Source: Alphaproteobacteria bacterium (lineage in GTDB: Bacteria > Pseudomonadota > Alphaproteobacteria > UBA828). Taken from it: a DNA stretch of 64,000 bases. Position 1 is the stretch's first letter, and every line of letters starts with the position of its first letter. The notes under the pieces are model-generated. The model made no database searches, was not told the DNA's origin, and saw nothing but the letters and a program-made list of their open reading frames with translations. Position numbers and translations under genes: made by a program. Below are positions 59,447 to 64,000 of this stretch, piece by piece. Location of the stretch: contig CAXXVO010000014.1 of assembly GCA_963422645.2 (NCBI GenBank), positions 320,001-384,000 on the forward strand, in the 5' to 3' direction.

Positions 59447-61276
59447 ATGTCCCGGCAAGGCAGACTGTTGCGCGTTGACCTCACTGCCGGCACCTGTACC
59501 GAAGAGGCGCTCAACATGGAGTGGGCGCAGGCTTACCTGGGCAGCAGGGGCCTTGCCACCAGGTACCTCGTGGAGGAGATGGACCCGAAGGCGGATCCGC
59601 TCTCGCCCGAAAACGTGCTCATCATCGCGACCGGCCCGCTGACCGGGACTACGGCGCCGACCGCAGGCCGCTACACGGTCGTCACCAAGGGGGCGCTCAC
59701 CAACGCCATCGCCTGTTCGAACTCGGGCGGCTACTTCGGCGCGGAGCTGAAGCTCGCCGGCTGGGACATGGTGATCTGCCAGGGCCGCTCGCCGCGCCCG
59801 GTCTACCTCTACATCAGGGACGACCACGCCGAGCTGATCGACGCCGAAGGCTTCATCTGGGGCAAGTCGGTCTGGGATACCGAGCCTGCGATCAAGTCGC
59901 GTCATCAGGACGGCGCGATCAAGATCGCCTCCATCGGCCGGGCAGGGGAGAACCTGAACCGCTACGCCTGCGTGATGAACGATCTCGACCGGGCGGCCGG
60001 GCGCTCCGGCGTCGGCGCCGTCATGGGATCGAAGAACCTGAAGGCCATCGCGGCGCGCGGCACCCGGGGCGTCACGGTGGACAATGACGACGCTTTTGCC
60101 AGTGCCGTGGAGCAGGCCGCCGGCGCGCTCGCCGCGAGCCAGACCCGCGCGGACCTCGCGCGCACGGGCACGCTCTCCATGATCGACGTGACCCAGGCCT
60201 TCGGCAGCCTGCCGACCCGCAACAACCAGGACGTGCAGTTCGAGGGCACCGGCAACCTAGGCCCCGACGCGATGACGAAGGTGCGGCGCTCCGACGGCTC
60301 GGCCAATCTGGTGGCGAACCGGGCCTGCTTCGCCTGCACCATCGGCTGCCAGCGCGCGTCGAAGATGGAGCCCAACCATTTCGCGATCAAGGACCGGGAC
60401 CGCTACAAGAAGGTGAGCGGCGGGCTCGAGTACGAATCGGCCTACTCCCTCGGCCCCATGGTGGGCGTGGACGATATCGAGGCCGCGACCTTCGCCAACT
60501 TCGTCTGCAACGAGGACGGGATGGACCCGATCTCCTTCGGGGCGACCGTCGCTGCCGCCATGGAGCTCTACGAGGAAGGCGCCATCACGGACGCGGAGAC
60601 GGGCGGCGTCGCCTACACCTTCGGCTCGGCCGAGGCGCTCTGCCGGGCGGCGGAGGACGCCGGCACCGGCACCGGCTTCGGCCAGGACCTGGGGCTCGGC
60701 GCCAAGCGCCTCTGCGAGAAGTACGGCCGGCCCGAGCTCGCCATGGTCGCCAAGGGGCAGGAGTTCCCCGGCTACGACGGCCGCTCGATGCAGGGCATGG
60801 GGCTCGCCTACGCCACCAGCAACCGCGGCGCCTGCCACCTGCGCGCCGACCCCTACGAGGACGATTTTTCGGGCGGCAAGCTGGATGGCAAGGCGAAGAT
60901 CGTGAAGGACAGCCAGGATTCGAACGCGGCCATCGATTCGGTCGGCATCTGCGCCTTCCCGATGATGATCTGGGGGCTCGACGAGGTCGCCAACATGGTC
61001 GACGCCGCCTGCGAGGGCGAGTGGTCCGTGGACCGGCTGAACGAGACCGGCGAGCGCATCTGGAACATGGAGCGCCAGTTCAACCTCGACGCCGGCATGA
61101 CCGCCGCCGACGACACGCTGCCTCAGCGCATCCTCAAGGAGGCGGCGAAGAGCGGCTCGGGCAAGGGCAAGGTCTGCGAGCTCGACACCATGCTGCCGCA
61201 GTATTACGGCCTGCGCGGCTGGACCGCGGACGGCAGGCCGACGGCGGCGACCATGGAACGGCTCGGCCTCGGCTGA
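59447..61276 (+). CDS. aor: Aldehyde:ferredoxin oxidoreductase (tungstopterin AOR family)
   Basis: AGRSGVGAVMGSKNLKAI, CFACTIGC, EYE, GMDPIS, NRGACH and YYGLRGW. Confidence 0.9.
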   Translation: MSRQGRLLRVDLTAGTCTEEALNMEWAQAYLGSRGLATRYLVEEMDPKADPLSPENVLIIATGPLTGTTAPTAGRYTVVTKGALTNAIACSNSGGYFGAELKLAGWDMVICQGRSPRPVYLYIRDDHAELIDAEGFIWGKSVWDTEPAIKSRHQDGAIKIASIGRAGENLNRYACVMNDLDRAAGRSGVGAVMGSKNLKAIAARGTRGVTVDNDDAFASAVEQAAGALAASQTRADLARTGTLSMIDVTQAFGSLPTRNNQDVQFEGTGNLGPDAMTKVRRSDGSANLVANRACFACTIGCQRASKMEPNHFAIKDRDRYKKVSGGLEYESAYSLGPMVGVDDIEAATFANFVCNEDGMDPISFGATVAAAMELYEEGAITDAETGGVAYTFGSAEALCRAAEDAGTGTGFGQDLGLGAKRLCEKYGRPELAMVAKGQEFPGYDGRSMQGMGLAYATSNRGACHLRADPYEDDFSGGKLDGKAKIVKDSQDSNAAIDSVGICAFPMMIWGLDEVANMVDAACEGEWSVDRLNETGERIWNMERQFNLDAGMTAADDTLPQRILKEAAKSGSGKGKVCELDTMLPQYYGLRGWTADGRPTAATMERLGLG

Positions 61277-61310
61277 GAGTTAGCCCGCGTCCGGCAAAGA
61301 CGGACGCGCT

Positions 61311-61547
61311 CTAGCGCGCTATCCGACCAGACGGGACGTATCCGGTTGGCGCAAGGCGCCTCATTTCATACGCGTTGCGGCCGGAAAACCCCCACCTCAC
61401 CCCGGCCCTCTCCGCCCCCAGGGGCGGAGAGGGAGAACGGGTGGCGCATTCTTCGTCCCCCCCTCCGCCCTTGAGGGGGGAGGGGGACAGGGGGAGGTGG
61501 GTGTCGTTCGGGTCAAGGTGATCCGGTGTGGTCGGATAACGCTCTAG
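61311..61547. repeat. CTAG-bounded MITE-like repeat containing a nested REP doublet
   Basis: CTAGCGCGCTATCCGACCA...TGGTCGGATAACGCTCTAG. Inner CCTCACCCCGGCCCTCTCC...GGAGAGGG palindromes at ~61389-61501. Confidence 0.7.
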
Positions 61548-61608
61548 TGTCGTATGCCGGAAGGGTCCCGTAATCGGGGCCGCGGCATCGACGGCAATAG
61601 AGCCGCAA

Positions 61609-61926
61609 TCAGGCTGCGCTGGAGATCGCGCCCAGCTCGTTGTCGACGATCACGGGCGATTCGAAATACTCGATCGAAGGCTCAGCGCCCAGGCGCTCGC
61701 GGATGCCGGCCTTCCAAGCCGCGTCATAGAGGCGCTCCGCATCCTCGCGCGATTCGAATAGATAGACCCCGCCGCCGGTCCGGCCGTCCTCGGACAGAAG
61801 ATAGTACTTCCGAACCAGGCCCTGGACGCCCCGGTAGAGCGGCGCGGACGCCTCGAATGCGGCCTTTGCCGCCTCGCGCGTCTTGTCCTCGGGCAGCGCG
61901 AAGCGAACGATCGCGGTTACCGCCAT
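61609..61926 (-). CDS. YdhR-like putative monooxygenase
   Basis: GLVRKYYL..DGRTGGGVYLFESREDA and FESPVIVDN. Confidence 0.75.
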   Translation of the reverse strand: MAVTAIVRFALPEDKTREAAKAAFEASAPLYRGVQGLVRKYYLLSEDGRTGGGVYLFESREDAERLYDAAWKAGIRERLGAEPSIEYFESPVIVDNELGAISSAA

Positions 61927-62102
61927 GGCTGATTGTAGCCGGCCAGAAGTCTTTGCGAATCGCGGCCAGAAGTCTTTGCGAATGGCCTGGAAAACAGGCT
62001 GATTTTCGGGGCTGATTCGGGCTGGAAAAACGGCCTCTGCATCGGCCATGCACGGGCCGTTCAGGGGCGCGGAATTCGGTGTGCACGGCCCCTGCAAGGG
62101 TT

Positions 62103-62543
62103 CTATTCCGCCTTCTCCTCCGCCTCGGGCGCGGGGGGCTGGGCGGGCCCGGCTTCGGGCGGGCGCCAGTGTCTGTCGTCGGCTGCGTCGAAGCGCTCGA
62201 GCGCGCCCGCGTCCATGGTTTCGATGCGCTTGCGGAGCGCGCGGCAGAGCCGGCGCAGGCGGTCGCGTTCGGCGTCCTGCTCCTCGGTGGCGGCGCCGCG
62301 CAGCCGCCGTCTGGCCTCGTGCTCCCAGCTCCTCGCCCCGTAGGCCTTCCGGATGCGGCGGGTTGCCTCCCGGTCGACCCCTTGCGCCCTTTCTTGCCGG
62401 AGGTCTTCGGCGGCGGCGCGCTCGCCCGCTTCGGCGATCATGGCCCATGCCGGCTTGGGGCTGGCGTCCGGGTCGGGGCCGTAGTCCGGCAGGCCGGGGA
62501 TCGGGTTCCAGCCGTAGGCCTTCCATGTCGCCTCGTCGAACAT
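62103..62543 (-). CDS. Hypothetical protein (start uncertain)
   Basis: Charged helical ORF, co-oriented with the upstream oxygenase. Confidence 0.4.
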   Translation of the reverse strand: MFDEATWKAYGWNPIPGLPDYGPDPDASPKPAWAMIAEAGERAAAEDLRQERAQGVDREATRRIRKAYGARSWEHEARRRLRGAATEEQDAERDRLRRLCRALRKRIETMDAGALERFDAADDRHWRPPEAGPAQPPAPEAEEKAE

Positions 62544-62627
62544 CGTGTCGATGCCGCCGGGGAAGGAGCCCGGCAGGAAGCCGTGGGCATGAGCCGGCGG
62601 ATCGCGTCCTGGATGTCGATCACCGTG

Positions 62628-63251
62628 TCATCCTCCGTCGGGCCGGGCGAGGGACGAGAACCTCTCTCCGTTCGACTGCGCCCACCATCGCACGAGCGAG
62701 CGGCGGATGCCGGCGGTGGCGGGTGCGACCCTGTGCCACCAGTCTGCGGGGAAGAGGACGAGCGATCCCGGCGGCGGGTCGATCCGTACGGGGCGGCGTT
62801 TCCGGCCCGGGTCCTGGAAGACCATGTCGCCGCCGGCTGCGGCGCGTTCGACGATGAGGCTTGCGGAGACGGTCCGGTCGAGGGTGTCGGGAACTCCCCG
62901 CCCTGCGTACTGGTCGACGTGCCAGAGGCAGGCCTGTCCTGCGAAGTAACAGTTGCAGACGGCGGGCGAGGGCGTGTCCGCGCGTGCGTTCAGCACCTCG
63001 CGGGCGTAGTTGCGGGCGAGGGCGTCCAGGGCGTCGGTGCAGTCTGCCGGGAGCATCCCGTCGGGCAGCCATGCCTCGTAGCAGTCGTCCGCGCCGGGGC
63101 CCCGGCGCGCGAGCGCGAGCCCGTTGACGGCTCGCTCGACCTCGGCCATTGCTCGAGGGCCGATGGCTGCGCGGACGACGCGAATGGGGGGGGTGGAACC
63201 CTCTCCGGGCTCGACCGGGGTTGATTCGCGGGGGTCTCTCACGCCGGGCAC
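62628..63251 (-). CDS. 2OG-Fe(II) oxygenase (prolyl-hydroxylase-like)
   Basis: Y..G....WHVD, GGDMVF and GSLVLFP...WHRVAP..AGIRRSLV. Confidence 0.75.
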   Translation of the reverse strand: MPGVRDPRESTPVEPGEGSTPPIRVVRAAIGPRAMAEVERAVNGLALARRGPGADDCYEAWLPDGMLPADCTDALDALARNYAREVLNARADTPSPAVCNCYFAGQACLWHVDQYAGRGVPDTLDRTVSASLIVERAAAGGDMVFQDPGRKRRPVRIDPPPGSLVLFPADWWHRVAPATAGIRRSLVRWWAQSNGERFSSLARPDGG

Positions 63252-63265
63252 CGCCGTCGAATCTC

Positions 63266-63829
<564 letters not shown>

Positions 63830-63830
<1 letters not shown>

Positions 63831-64000
63831 ACCTGCCCTACCAGAGCCGCTGGGTTGCAGACAGGGCACAGCTCAAGATCGTCGAGAAGTCGCGCCGCAT
63901 CGGCTTGTCCTGGGCCGAGGCCTACGACGCCGTGATGCACGCGGCCGAGGGTGGGGGCAACGTCACCTACCAGTCCTACGACAGGGAGATGACCAGAGGC
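63830..64000 (+). CDS. Mu-like phage terminase large subunit N-terminus (partial, not in the ORF track)
   Basis: Manual translation YLPYQSRWVADRAQLKIVEKSRRIGLSWAEAYDAVMHAAEGGGNVTYQSYDREMTRG. No in-frame start is seen just upstream. Confidence 0.75.

Overview
High-GC bacterial DNA, probably alphaproteobacterial (inferred from the repeat types and gene content). About 24 kb (~38%) is nested, partly rearranged insertion sequences: 2x IS1634, two IS66 types, 2x IS21, IS110, 2x an unclassified 2.5-kb IS, one IS4 and a truncated DUF6431-type element. These break up a catabolic region for small nitrogen and C1 compounds. That region holds TorS/TorR-like regulators, hydantoinase/oxoprolinase genes, LLM oxidoreductases, an (R)-selective-type transaminase, a Urt-like ABC transporter, a fused N-methylglutamate-synthase-like cluster, a LarA-family gene and an aldehyde:ferredoxin oxidoreductase. 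Three type II toxin-antitoxin pairs and a probable Mu-like prophage edge at the right end are also present. The best leads are: (1) a complete IS66 carrying a translationally coupled DNA adenine methyltransferase; (2) an IS4 transposase fused to a DUF4338/DruA-like domain; (3) an IS1634 flanked by a 751-bp direct repeat; (4) an unclassified IS whose stop codon appears to be completed by an ANNNT target; (5) an IS110 whose empty target is in the same window, with candidate bridge-RNA guides. All family calls come from recognising motifs by eye; no database search was run.
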